Assembly: GCA_947447835.1 (NCBI GenBank)
Contig: CANFLP010000001.1
Coordinates: 1 to 49,681 of the forward strand
Direction of reading: 5' to 3'
Origin: Bacteroidota bacterium
GTDB taxonomy: Bacteria > Bacteroidota > Bacteroidia > Chitinophagales > Chitinophagaceae
DNA: 49,681 nt
Shown here: positions 10,461-19,815 of the stretch, in pieces
Layout: every line of letters starts with the position of its first letter
Numbering within the stretch: position 1 is the first letter of the stretch
The notes under the pieces: model-generated
Told to the model about the DNA's origin: nothing
Database searches by the model: none
The model's input: only the letters and a program-made list of their open reading frames with translations
Position numbers and translations under genes: made by a program

Positions 10461-10468
10461 TATTTTTG
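10461..10468 (+). promoter_or_regulatory. Candidate -7 element (TATTTTTG) for pruA
   Basis: Exact TAnnTTTG, 17 nt before the ATG. Confidence 0.6.
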
Positions 10469-10485
10469 TCGTCTAATACATTTTT

Positions 10486-12117
10486 ATGCAATTTGGATAT
10501 TTTAACTACCCTAGCCCGGCTAATGAACCAGTTTTAAATTACGCTCCAGGTTCTCCCGAAAAATTAGCTTTAAAACAGGCTTTAGCAAGTTTAAAGAAAA
10601 AGACTTTAGATATACCTATGTATATTAATGGTAAAGCAGTTAGAACTGGGAAGAAGGTTTCAATTCATCCTCCTCATGAAATAAAACATACCCTTGGTCA
10701 TTTTCATATGGGTTCAAAGCAACATGTGGATCAAGCAATCAATGCAGCTTTAAAAGTGCGTGAGGGTTGGTCGAATATGAGTTGGGAAGCAAGAGCACAT
10801 ATCTTTTTAAAAGCGGCCGATTTATTGGCTACAAAATATCGTTTTGAAATGAATGCCTCAACTATGTTGGGTCAAAGTAAAAATGCATATCAAGCAGAGA
10901 TTGATGCTGCATGTGAATTGATTGATTTCTTAAGATTCAATGTCCATTTTTTAAGTGAGATTTACAAGCAACAACCAGTGTCAGGTCCAGGTATTCATAA
11001 CCGCATGGAGTGGAGAGGTTTGGAAGGATTTGTATTAGCAGTTACCCCATTTAACTTTACAGCCATTGGCGGAAATTTACCCGCATCAGCTGCAATGTGC
11101 GGAAACGTTGTAGTTTGGAAACCAGCTAACACACAAATATATTCTGCTCAATTATTTATGCGCATTTTAAAAGAAGCTGGTTTGCCAGATGGTGTTATAA
11201 ATATTGTTTATGTTGATGGACCAACTTTAGGCGATACTTGTTTTAAACATCCTGATTTCGCAGGTGTGCATTTTACAGGTTCAACCGGTGTATTTAATCA
11301 TATGTGGAAACAAATTGGTGAAAATATTCCAAGCTATAAATCGTATCCAAGAATTGTGGGAGAGACAGGTGGTAAAGACTTTGTAATGGTACACCCAACA
11401 GCCGATGTGGATACTGTTGTAACAGCATTAGCAAGAGGTTCTTTTGAATATCAAGGTCAAAAATGTTCTGCTGCGTCAAGAGCCTATTTGCCAAGTAATA
11501 TTGCCCCAGCTGTAAAAGTAAAATTGGTTAAGGCAGTTGAAAGTATGAAAATGGGAACGGTAGAAGATTTCTCAAATTTTGTGAATGCAGTTATTGATGA
11601 AAAGTCTTTTGATAATATTGTAAAGTATATTAACAAAGCAAAGAAAGATAAAAAAGCAAAAATATTAGTAGGTGGAAATTTCAGTAAAAAGAATGGTTAC
11701 TTTATTGAACCAACAGTTATTGAAACATCTGATCCAAAATACCTTACAATGTGTGAGGAAATATTTGGCCCAGTGTTAACTATATATACATACCCTGCTG
11801 CTAAATTTGAGAAAACCTTGGATATTTTGAATACAACTTCTAAATATGCTTTAACAGGTTCAATCATTTCGCAGGACAGAGCATCCATTGAATTGGCTAC
11901 CCAAAAACTACGTCATGCTGCTGGTAATTTTTATATAAACGATAAACCTACTGGTGCGGTTGTAGGTCAACAACCTTTTGGCGGTGCTAGGGCTTCTGGA
12001 ACCAATGACAAGGCCGGAAGTATGCTAAATTTATACCGCTGGTTGAGTGCTAGAACCATAAAGGAGACTTTTAATCCTCCAACTGACTATAAATACCCAT
12101 TTTTAAACGAAGCGTAA
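10486..12117 (+). CDS. pruA: L-glutamate gamma-semialdehyde (P5C) dehydrogenase
   Basis: NEPV..Y.PGS, PFNFTAI, FTGST, GETGGK, FEYQGQKCSA and YINDKPTGAVVGQQPFGG. Confidence 0.97.
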   Translation: MQFGYFNYPSPANEPVLNYAPGSPEKLALKQALASLKKKTLDIPMYINGKAVRTGKKVSIHPPHEIKHTLGHFHMGSKQHVDQAINAALKVREGWSNMSWEARAHIFLKAADLLATKYRFEMNASTMLGQSKNAYQAEIDAACELIDFLRFNVHFLSEIYKQQPVSGPGIHNRMEWRGLEGFVLAVTPFNFTAIGGNLPASAAMCGNVVVWKPANTQIYSAQLFMRILKEAGLPDGVINIVYVDGPTLGDTCFKHPDFAGVHFTGSTGVFNHMWKQIGENIPSYKSYPRIVGETGGKDFVMVHPTADVDTVVTALARGSFEYQGQKCSAASRAYLPSNIAPAVKVKLVKAVESMKMGTVEDFSNFVNAVIDEKSFDNIVKYINKAKKDKKAKILVGGNFSKKNGYFIEPTVIETSDPKYLTMCEEIFGPVLTIYTYPAAKFEKTLDILNTTSKYALTGSIISQDRASIELATQKLRHAAGNFYINDKPTGAVVGQQPFGGARASGTNDKAGSMLNLYRWLSARTIKETFNPPTDYKYPFLNEA

Positions 12118-12150
12118 GGCTGTTTTTGCTCGGTTTTAATACGAAAACAG

Positions 12151-12158
12151 TATATTTG
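12151..12158 (+). promoter_or_regulatory. Candidate -7 element (TATATTTG) for pdhA
   Basis: Exact TAnnTTTG 20 nt before the GTG start, with TTTG about 22 nt further upstream. Confidence 0.6.
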
Positions 12159-12178
12159 CTCCTCAAAATTAAAGGACT

Positions 12179-13174
12179 GTGGCCCAAAATTTTTCAAAAG
12201 AAACTTACCTGTATTGGTACGAATTGATGCAATTGATACGTCAATTTGAATCCAAGTCAGAAGAAATGTATAAAATGGCTGGTAAAATCAGAGGATTTTT
12301 CCACGTGTACAATGGCCAAGAAGCTATTGCCGCGGGTTGTATGACTGCTACAAATCATGAAGATCCATTTATCACTGGTTACCGTGACCACGGCTTAGCT
12401 TTAGCAAAAGGCATGAGCCCAAATGCTGCAATGGCTGAACTATATGGTAAAGCAACGGGATGTTCAAAAGGTAAAGGAGGTAGTATGCACTTGTTTGATA
12501 AAGCAAACTACTTTTTTGGAGGACATGGTATTGTAGGTGCTCAAATTGGTACAGGTGCTGGTTTAGCATTTGCTGAAAAATACAGAGACTCTAAGAATGT
12601 TGTTTTATGCTTTTTTGGGGATGGTGCAGCTCGTCAGGGTATGTTACATGAAGTATTTAACCTTGCTATGTTATGGAAATTACCTGTAGTATTTATTTGT
12701 GAAAACAATAATTACGCAATGGGTACTTCAATTGAAAGAACAAGTAACGTAATTGATATTTATAAATTAGCGGATGCATACGAAATGCCAGCAGACAAAG
12801 TGGATGGTATGACTTCTGAATTAGTGCACGAAGCGGTAGCAAGAGCTGTAAAGCGTGCACGTGAAGGAGATGGTCCTACCCTTTTAGAAATGAAAACATA
12901 TCGTTACAAAGGTCACTCTGTTTCAGATCCTCAAAAATATAGAACCAAAGACGAGGTAGAAGAATATAAAAACCAAGATCCGATTACTAAAGTAGCCAAC
13001 ACTATTTTAGCTAATAAATATGCTACTGAAGCGGAATTAAAAGCGATTGACGCTAAGATTGAAGCTATTGTGGAAGGATCGGTTAAATTTGCTGAAGAAA
13101 GCCCATGGCCAGATGATAGCGAAGTATTAAAAGATGTTTACATGGATCAAGCTTATCCGTTTATCGTAGATTAA
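12179..13174 (+). CDS. pdhA: Pyruvate dehydrogenase E1 alpha subunit
   Basis: GKIRGFFH, GKGGSMH, TPP-binding GDGA...ENN and TYRYKGHS.SDP; GTG start. Confidence 0.97.
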   Translation: MAQNFSKETYLYWYELMQLIRQFESKSEEMYKMAGKIRGFFHVYNGQEAIAAGCMTATNHEDPFITGYRDHGLALAKGMSPNAAMAELYGKATGCSKGKGGSMHLFDKANYFFGGHGIVGAQIGTGAGLAFAEKYRDSKNVVLCFFGDGAARQGMLHEVFNLAMLWKLPVVFICENNNYAMGTSIERTSNVIDIYKLADAYEMPADKVDGMTSELVHEAVARAVKRAREGDGPTLLEMKTYRYKGHSVSDPQKYRTKDEVEEYKNQDPITKVANTILANKYATEAELKAIDAKIEAIVEGSVKFAEESPWPDDSEVLKDVYMDQAYPFIVD

Positions 13175-13210
13175 AAAAATAAATTAACACAGAACTTATA
13201 ACATAATAAC

Positions 13211-13867
13211 ATGAGTGATTTACACCAACAAGAAAAACACCCCTTCTTAGATTTCGTAAAAAATAATCAAAAAGCGTTAACTACTTTATTAGTAGTTGTA
13301 GTAATTGGGTTAGCTGGATTTTTTGGCTATACAGAATTATACCAAAAGCCACGTGAAGCAAAAGCAGCAGATGCTTTATTTACTGCAGAAAAATACTTCG
13401 CACAAGACTCTTCTAATTTAGTTTTAAACGGAGACGGAACTAGCAAAGGTGCATTATATGTAATAAAGGAATTTAGCGGAACGAATGCTGCTAATCTTGC
13501 AAAGTATTATGCAGGTGTAAGTTATTTTAGAACAGGAGATTTTAACAAGTCTATCGAGTTTTTGAAAGATTTTTCAACTAGTGCAAAGCAGGTTCAAGCC
13601 ATTGCTTATGGTACCATTGGTGATGCTTATTCTGAATTAAAAAAGAATGAAGAAGCAATTGAATCATATAAAAAAGCAGGTACTTATTTCCCAGAAGACG
13701 AAGGAATATCTTCTGAATATTTATTCCGTGCTGCATCTTTATTAGAGTTAAATGGCAAAGCAGATGATGCTATTGCAATTTATAAAGATATCAAAGCTAA
13801 ATACCCTAAATCTGAAAAAGGATTTACAGCAGATAAATACATCTATAGATTGAAAGTACAGCCTTAA
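13211..13867 (+). CDS. Membrane-anchored TPR protein (YfgM-like)
   Basis: Single N-terminal TM helix followed by TPR-like helical repeats (T.AANLAKYYAG, GDAYSEL...AIESY). Confidence 0.75.
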   Translation: MSDLHQQEKHPFLDFVKNNQKALTTLLVVVVIGLAGFFGYTELYQKPREAKAADALFTAEKYFAQDSSNLVLNGDGTSKGALYVIKEFSGTNAANLAKYYAGVSYFRTGDFNKSIEFLKDFSTSAKQVQAIAYGTIGDAYSELKKNEEAIESYKKAGTYFPEDEGISSEYLFRAASLLELNGKADDAIAIYKDIKAKYPKSEKGFTADKYIYRLKVQP

Positions 13868-13887
13868 TTGCTTGCTCAACCCTATTT

Positions 13888-13924
13888 AAAAGCATTCTCC
13901 ACATATTGTTGAGAATGCTTTTTT
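13888..13924 (+). terminator. Intrinsic terminator after pdhA-TPR
   Basis: AAAAGCATTCTC-11 nt-GAGAATGCTTTTTT inverted repeat with a T tract. Confidence 0.85.
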
Positions 13925-13953
13925 GTTTCTGCTTGTTATTTATATACAATTCG

Positions 13954-13961
13954 TATTTTTG
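13954..13961 (+). promoter_or_regulatory. Candidate -7 element (TATTTTTG) only 3 nt before the ATG at 13965
   Basis: Exact TAnnTTTG just downstream of a terminator. Confidence 0.55.
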
Positions 13962-13964
13962 GTT

Positions 13965-14684
13965 ATGACCGTTCAACTATTTGTCCCTTGCTTTATTGAT
14001 CAGCTGTATCCACAAGTTGCTTTCAATACTATTAAAGTGTTAGAAAAAGCAGGATGTACTGTTAAATACAATGAACAACAAACCTGCTGTGGACAGCCTG
14101 CATTCAATGCTGGATTTTGGGGTGAGTCAAAGGATGTTTGTACGAAATTTGTGCAAGATTTTGATGGTGCAGATTATATAGTTAGCCCAAGTGCAAGTTG
14201 TGCTGGATTCGTTAGAAATAACTATGGCAAAATTTTTGAAAACAATGCTTTTCAAAGTCCCGCAAAGAAAGTAGCTAATCAAATATTTGAATTATCTGAA
14301 TTTTTAGTCAAAATTTTAAAAGTTACAGATTTGGGTGCAGCGTTTGATGCTAAGGTTACTTATCATGATAGTTGTGCTGGATTGAGAGAATGTAAAATTA
14401 AAGCAGAACCTCGAACATTATTAACAGCAGTAAAAGGAATCGAGTTGGTCGAAATGAAAGACACAGAAACCTGTTGTGGTTTTGGAGGAAGCTTTGCTGT
14501 AAAGTATGATACTATTAGTGTTGCCATGGCTGATCAAAAAATAGAAAATGCAATAGCAACTGATGCAGAATACATTGTAAGTACCGACATGAGTTGTTTA
14601 ATGCATTTGGATGGAAGAATTAATTATAATGGTCAGGCTGTTAAAGTAATTCACTTAGCAGATATATTGTCTAGTGGTTACTAG
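13965..14684 (+). CDS. (Fe-S)-binding protein, LutA/YkgE family (two CCG domains)
   Basis: LFVPCFID, QTCCGQP, HDSC and TCCGFGG.F motifs; ATG at 13965 preferred over the TTG at 13923, which lies in the terminator tail. Confidence 0.88.
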   Translation: MTVQLFVPCFIDQLYPQVAFNTIKVLEKAGCTVKYNEQQTCCGQPAFNAGFWGESKDVCTKFVQDFDGADYIVSPSASCAGFVRNNYGKIFENNAFQSPAKKVANQIFELSEFLVKILKVTDLGAAFDAKVTYHDSCAGLRECKIKAEPRTLLTAVKGIELVEMKDTETCCGFGGSFAVKYDTISVAMADQKIENAIATDAEYIVSTDMSCLMHLDGRINYNGQAVKVIHLADILSSGY

Positions 14685-14740
14685 GTTAAATGTAATCTCA
14701 TTTTAGGATCAGGGTCAAATTCAATTTTAAAAACTTTTTT

Positions 14741-15151
14741 ATGGCATATTGGTTAATCAAATCTGAACCGTTTAAATATTCTTGGGATCAATTTGTTAAG
14801 GATAAAAAAACATTTTGGGATGGGGTAAGAAATTATGGCGCACGTAATAATTTACGTTCTATGAAAAAAGGAGATTTAGCTTTTTGGTACCATAGTAATG
14901 AGGGTATGGAAATTGTTGGAATTGCCAAGGTAGTTAAAGAATCATATCAAGATCCTACCACCGAAGAAACTGCATGGTTGGCAGTGGACTTTGCGCCACA
15001 TAAAAAATTAAAAAATCCTGTTAAATTAGCGGATGTAAAAGCCAATACAAACTTAGCTAATATGGCTTTAGTTAGATTAGGTCGCTTGTCAGTACAACCT
15101 GTTACCGACGCTGAGTTTGAAGAAATAATGAAAATGAGCCAAGGTTTATAA
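14741..15151 (+). CDS. EVE domain-containing protein
   Basis: YWLIKSEP, WDGVRNY.ARN, YHS and RLSVQPV. Confidence 0.95.
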   Translation: MAYWLIKSEPFKYSWDQFVKDKKTFWDGVRNYGARNNLRSMKKGDLAFWYHSNEGMEIVGIAKVVKESYQDPTTEETAWLAVDFAPHKKLKNPVKLADVKANTNLANMALVRLGRLSVQPVTDAEFEEIMKMSQGL

Positions 15152-15154
15152 TCT

Positions 15155-16387
15155 TTATTTAAAAAAGGTATACCCTATCAAAATAGCAATCACCACACCT
15201 ATCAAGTCGGCAAATATTCCTGCCCATAATGCATATCTTACTTTTTTAATACCAACACTTCCAAAGTAAAGTGCAATAATATAAAAAGTGGTATCGGCTG
15301 AACCTTGAAAAATGGAAGCTAATTTACCAACAAAGGAATCTGGCCCATGTGTTTGGAATACATCCAACATCATTCCTCTCGCTCCACTCCCACTTAAAGG
15401 TTTCATAATCGCTACAGGTAAAGCATCCACAAATTCGGTATTCACTCCAGTTAATTGAATTAGATAAGTTAGGCCGTTTAATACATACACCATTGCTCCA
15501 CTATCTCTAAACACACGGATTGCAACAAGCATGGCTACTAAATATGGAATGATTTTGATAATTACATCAAATCCATTTTTAGCCCCTTCGATAAATGCGT
15601 CAAACACAGATACTTTTTTATAGGCACCTCCAACAATAATAGTAACCACAATGGCTAATAGAATACTAGAGCCAGCAATTTTAGAAAACAACTCTTTGTT
15701 TGTAGGGCTTAAACTGTTTACGCCTAATAATACGATACACATAAATAAAACCAACCCTACTAGCCAGCTGATTAATACCCTATCCCATTTTAATTTTTGA
15801 TATAAGCCTACCATAATGATACTAGACAAAGTGGTCCCAATTGTAGCAAGTACGCAAGGAATAAATATACTAGCCGCATCGTGTGAGCCAGCTGCAAGCC
15901 TATAAGATATAATTGTTAATGGGATGATTGTTAAACCGCTCGTATGTAAAACCAAAAACATGATTTGTGCATTGGTTGCTTTTTCTTTATCCGGATTTAA
16001 GCCTTGTAAACTTTCCATGGCTTTTAATCCAAATGGGGTAGCTGCATTATCTAATCCCAACATATTAGCACTAAAATTCATCACCATATGACCCATGGCT
16101 GGATGATTAGCTGGTACTTCAGGAAACAGCCGACTTAGGAACGGATTCATCCATTTAGCTAATTTTTGGATCGCACCAGCTTTTTCTGCAATATTCATTA
16201 AACCTAAAAAGAATACCATGGTACCAGCCAAAGGTAGAGCAACGTCCATAACCGATGATTTAGCAGAATCAAAGATTCCATCTGCCAATAGTTTAAATAT
16301 CTCGGTATCGCCAAAAAAGACCAATTTAACAAGTGCTATGATAAATGCAATCACAAAAAAGGCCATCCAGATAATATTCATTGCCAT
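15155..16387 (-). CDS. Nucleoside-recognition (Gate) domain membrane protein, SpmA/SpmB fusion
   Basis: ANMLGLDNAATPFGLKAM (SpmA-like) and KPLSGSG...DTTFYI.ALYFGSVGI (SpmB-like). Confidence 0.9.
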   Translation of the reverse strand: MAMNIIWMAFFVIAFIIALVKLVFFGDTEIFKLLADGIFDSAKSSVMDVALPLAGTMVFFLGLMNIAEKAGAIQKLAKWMNPFLSRLFPEVPANHPAMGHMVMNFSANMLGLDNAATPFGLKAMESLQGLNPDKEKATNAQIMFLVLHTSGLTIIPLTIISYRLAAGSHDAASIFIPCVLATIGTTLSSIIMVGLYQKLKWDRVLISWLVGLVLFMCIVLLGVNSLSPTNKELFSKIAGSSILLAIVVTIIVGGAYKKVSVFDAFIEGAKNGFDVIIKIIPYLVAMLVAIRVFRDSGAMVYVLNGLTYLIQLTGVNTEFVDALPVAIMKPLSGSGARGMMLDVFQTHGPDSFVGKLASIFQGSADTTFYIIALYFGSVGIKKVRYALWAGIFADLIGVVIAILIGYTFFK

Positions 16388-16437
16388 AGTTCCAATTGTT
16401 TATGGTACTAATATAGCCCATTTTGCGATTAGAATTG

Positions 16438-16445
16438 TATTTTTG
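16438..16445 (+). promoter_or_regulatory. Candidate -7 element (TATTTTTG) for ychF
   Basis: Exact TAnnTTTG 22 nt before the ATG. Confidence 0.6.
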
Positions 16446-16467
16446 CGGCACTTAAAAAGAAACAGAC

Positions 16468-17565
16468 ATGGCATTACAAGCAGGCATCGTGGGATTACCA
16501 AATGTTGGAAAATCAACCTTATTTAACGCAGTAAGTAATAGTGCAAAGGCACAAGCAAGCAACTATCGTTTTTGTACCATTGAACCAAATGTGGGCTTGG
16601 TAGACGTACCAGATCATAGAATGCAACAATTAGCTGACTTGATTATTCCACAACGCATAGTTCCTACACAGTTAGAAATTGTAGATATTGCAGGCTTGGT
16701 TAAGGGAGCAAGTAAAGGCGAAGGCTTAGGAAACAAATTCCTTGCAAATATTCGTGAAGTAAGTGCAATTATTCATGTAATAAGATGTTTCGAGGACGAG
16801 AATGTATTAAGAGAAGAAGGTGCCATTAATCCTATTGCAGATAAAGAAATTATTGAAACTGAATTACAGTTAAAGGATTTGGATAGTGTAGAAAAGAAAA
16901 TGCAGCGTTCAGAAAAAATGGCTAAGACCGACCCTAAGGCTAAAGTAGAATTAGAAGTACTTATAAAATGTAAAGCACACTTGGAGCAAGGGAAAAGTAT
17001 ACGTTCTTTAGGATTATCTAAGGAAGAAAGTGCTGCTATTGGTGATATCTTTTTATTAACAGAGAAACCAGTAATGTATGTTGCTAATGTCGATGAAAAA
17101 TCGATGCATACTGGTAACCAATACTCTGAAAAATTAGTAGCCATGGCAAAGGAAGAAGGTGCACAGGTAATAGTAATGTGTAATAATATCGAAGCACAAA
17201 TAACTGAATTAGAAGACCCTGATGATAAGGCTTTGTTTATGGATGAATACCAAATGAAAGAACCTGCTTTAAATAGATTAATTCAATCAGCATATAAATT
17301 ATTAAGTCTTGAAACTTACTTTACAGCAGGTGTTCAGGAAGTAAGAGCTTGGACAATTGGGAATGGTTGGAAAGCCCCGCAGGCCGCTAGTGTAATTCAT
17401 ACCGATTTTGAAAAAGGATTTATTAAGGCAGAGGTGATCGCTTTTGATGATTTTATTAAATACAAGAGTGAAGCCGCTTGTAGAGAAAATGGAAAGTTAA
17501 GAATAGAAGGTAAAGAATATATTGTAAAGGATGGTGATGTAATGCATTTTAGATTTAACGTATAA
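16468..17565 (+). CDS. ychF: Redox-regulated ribosome-binding ATPase
   Basis: GIVGLPNVGKSTLFN, FCTIEPN, DIAGLVKGAS.GEGLGNKFL and the C-terminal GDVMHFRFNV. Confidence 0.99.
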   Translation: MALQAGIVGLPNVGKSTLFNAVSNSAKAQASNYRFCTIEPNVGLVDVPDHRMQQLADLIIPQRIVPTQLEIVDIAGLVKGASKGEGLGNKFLANIREVSAIIHVIRCFEDENVLREEGAINPIADKEIIETELQLKDLDSVEKKMQRSEKMAKTDPKAKVELEVLIKCKAHLEQGKSIRSLGLSKEESAAIGDIFLLTEKPVMYVANVDEKSMHTGNQYSEKLVAMAKEEGAQVIVMCNNIEAQITELEDPDDKALFMDEYQMKEPALNRLIQSAYKLLSLETYFTAGVQEVRAWTIGNGWKAPQAASVIHTDFEKGFIKAEVIAFDDFIKYKSEAACRENGKLRIEGKEYIVKDGDVMHFRFNV

Positions 17566-17575
17566 ATTCATTCTA

Positions 17576-18394
17576 ATGAATATAAGGTCTTATACCCTTT
17601 TGATGTTATGTAGTTTAAGTTTGGCAGCATGTAAAAGCACAAGCTCAACTACTTCTGATGATTCGAATACAAATGTAATAGAAGCACCTTTGACTTTGCA
17701 TTATGAAATAATCGCTATACATCCACATGATACGACATCTTATACAGAAGGATTAGAATGGAGTAATAATACCTTAATAGAAAGTACTGGTAATTACAAA
17801 CAAAGTAGGTTACGTGTTTTAGATAGTAATATGAAGGATAAGATATCACCTGTTAAATTAGCTCCTGAATACTTTGGTGAAGGCACTACCCTTTTTAATG
17901 GGAAAATTTACCAGCTTACTTGGAAAGAACATAAGGTATTTGTTTATGATGCTAAAACCTTGAACAAAATAAACGAACTATACTGGCCATATGAAGGTTG
18001 GGGAATGACTCATAATGATACTGCAATCATTGTTAACACAGGTGGAAGTAATTTATATTATGTAGATCCAAATACATTTACAGTTCAAAAAACGGTAGGT
18101 GTTTATAATAACTTTGGATATGTAGCTAACGTCAATGAGCTAGAATATGTTAATGGTAAATTGTATGCCAATATATATTTGACGGATAATATTATCCAAA
18201 TTGACCCAGTTTCGGGTAGAGTCCTTGCAACCGCTGATTTATCAAATATTCTAGCCATGGCTGGAATAAAAAATGATCCTAGAAACAAGGATGCAGGTAA
18301 TGTTTTAAATGGTATTGCTTACCACAAAGGGAAAGGAACCTTTTATATTACTGGAAAGGATTGGCCAGTAATGATTGAAATAAAGTTTAAATAA
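17576..18394 (+). CDS. Glutaminyl-peptide cyclotransferase (plant/bacterial beta-propeller type), lipoprotein
   Basis: Lipobox LAAC; YTEGL, ESTG.Y, FGEG, QLTW, EGWG, NELE, LNGIA and TGK.W motifs. Confidence 0.93.
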   Translation: MNIRSYTLLMLCSLSLAACKSTSSTTSDDSNTNVIEAPLTLHYEIIAIHPHDTTSYTEGLEWSNNTLIESTGNYKQSRLRVLDSNMKDKISPVKLAPEYFGEGTTLFNGKIYQLTWKEHKVFVYDAKTLNKINELYWPYEGWGMTHNDTAIIVNTGGSNLYYVDPNTFTVQKTVGVYNNFGYVANVNELEYVNGKLYANIYLTDNIIQIDPVSGRVLATADLSNILAMAGIKNDPRNKDAGNVLNGIAYHKGKGTFYITGKDWPVMIEIKFK

Positions 18395-18417
18395 ATAATT
18401 GAATTAGCTAATTAATG

Positions 18418-19317
18418 CTAATCTAATTTCTTGATTTCATAAATAACCGAACTTGCACGTTTATAATCTTTCAGTGCAATTAAGTTAGAAATAGCACCAA
18501 TAATAAAAGCCCTCGCAACACCAAATAGTCCTGATTTTTTATATTGCTCACTTAATAAGCTTACATAAAAACTATCAAACCACATTGGTTTAAATTGCAC
18601 TACTTGCATTTTATTAATTTTGCATAACAACTGCATGGTGGCTGGAGAAAAATGGTACAAGTGTCTAGGCACATCATATGCAGCCCAATATTTTTTGTAA
18701 AATTTAGCGTCAAAACAAGTTAGGTTAGGAACAGCTATAATTAATCGGCCATTAGGTTTAAGTAGTTTACTAAATGCCACCATATAAGCCTTTAAATCAT
18801 GGACATGTTCAAGTACATGCCATAAAGTAATCACTTCAAATTTTTGTTCAGGTAAAGTATATAAAGTATCTAGGGGCAATAAATTTAAATTATAATTAGC
18901 CAAGGCCCTAGCCCTACTAGCTTCATCTGGTTCTAAGGCAGTCACCTTCCAGCCTTTTTTAATCATTGAATTTGCAAAAGCACCAGTGCCCGCTCCTATT
19001 TCTAATAGCTGACCTTTGTGTCCAGTAAATAGCGATTGCACCCAATTAGTCTTTTGCAATAAAGTATGTTGTCTAACTCGGTGATATAATTTATTCATCC
19101 AGCCTTCTTTCACATCGGTATGAGAAATATAAGCTGGGAAATTATAATAAGGAGCAATAATATCTTTAGAAGGAATTGGATTTGTAAAATGAAAATTACA
19201 TTTTGAACAAACTACAATATCAAACAGTTCCTGTGTTAAGGAATAGTCTTGTGTATTCAAGTATACTTGAATAGTTTGATTTTGGCAAATTGGACAGGTT
19301 GTAACTGATGGTTGCAT
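18418..19317 (-). CDS. Class I SAM-dependent methyltransferase with an N-terminal Cys4 zinc-ribbon-like region
   Basis: CPIC...CSKC, LEIGAGTG, ITLWHVLEHV and PRHLYHF; ATG at 19317 preferred over the TTG at 19338. Confidence 0.88.
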   Translation of the reverse strand: MQPSVTTCPICQNQTIQVYLNTQDYSLTQELFDIVVCSKCNFHFTNPIPSKDIIAPYYNFPAYISHTDVKEGWMNKLYHRVRQHTLLQKTNWVQSLFTGHKGQLLEIGAGTGAFANSMIKKGWKVTALEPDEASRARALANYNLNLLPLDTLYTLPEQKFEVITLWHVLEHVHDLKAYMVAFSKLLKPNGRLIIAVPNLTCFDAKFYKKYWAAYDVPRHLYHFSPATMQLLCKINKMQVVQFKPMWFDSFYVSLLSEQYKKSGLFGVARAFIIGAISNLIALKDYKRASSVIYEIKKLD

Positions 19318-19318
19318 A

Positions 19319-19813
19319 CTAATAATATTTATATACAATTAAACCTGCAGCCAATAGTGCAATTAACAATGACCAAATCCACCATTTATCATTATATAAG
19401 CCAGCATTTTGATTTGCTATAAATTGAGATTGAGCAGTGCTAGACAAGTCTAAGTCTTTATAATATGCTTTATCATCAAAATTTGATTCCCAAGTAATTT
19501 TAGAAGCATTTTTATGAAGGGTACCTATATTACCTAAAACTAAATCTGATATAGTTTGTGATGTAAAATTTTCGACAAAGGATTCAAATTTTAGCATCGC
19601 TTGGTCCGTAGAAATCCCTAATTCGTCCGCAAGAAAGTTATAAAATTGTTTAGAAGGCTTACTAGAGATTGGATCAAAAACAATCTGTTCTTTAGGCGCA
19701 ATAAGTACACCTTCCTTCCAGAAAGCTTCTTGTTTACTCCACTTAATAGCTCCTACACCTGGTAGGTCTAAATGGTCATTTTGAATAAAATATTGTACTA
19801 AATGTTTTATCAT
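19319..19813 (-). CDS. HU/CCDC81-like domain protein with a C-terminal TM anchor
   Basis: Pattern L.LPG.G...A.....LIAP...I.F and F..FLA..LGIS...A...F...L.LGNIG.L resembles the HU-CCDC81 bacterial domains; hydrophobic C-terminal helix; no SPOR domain. Confidence 0.6.
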   Translation of the reverse strand: MIKHLVQYFIQNDHLDLPGVGAIKWSKQEAFWKEGVLIAPKEQIVFDPISSKPSKQFYNFLADELGISTDQAMLKFESFVENFTSQTISDLVLGNIGTLHKNASKITWESNFDDKAYYKDLDLSSTAQSQFIANQNAGLYNDKWWIWSLLIALLAAGLIVYKYY

Positions 19814-19815
19814 GG

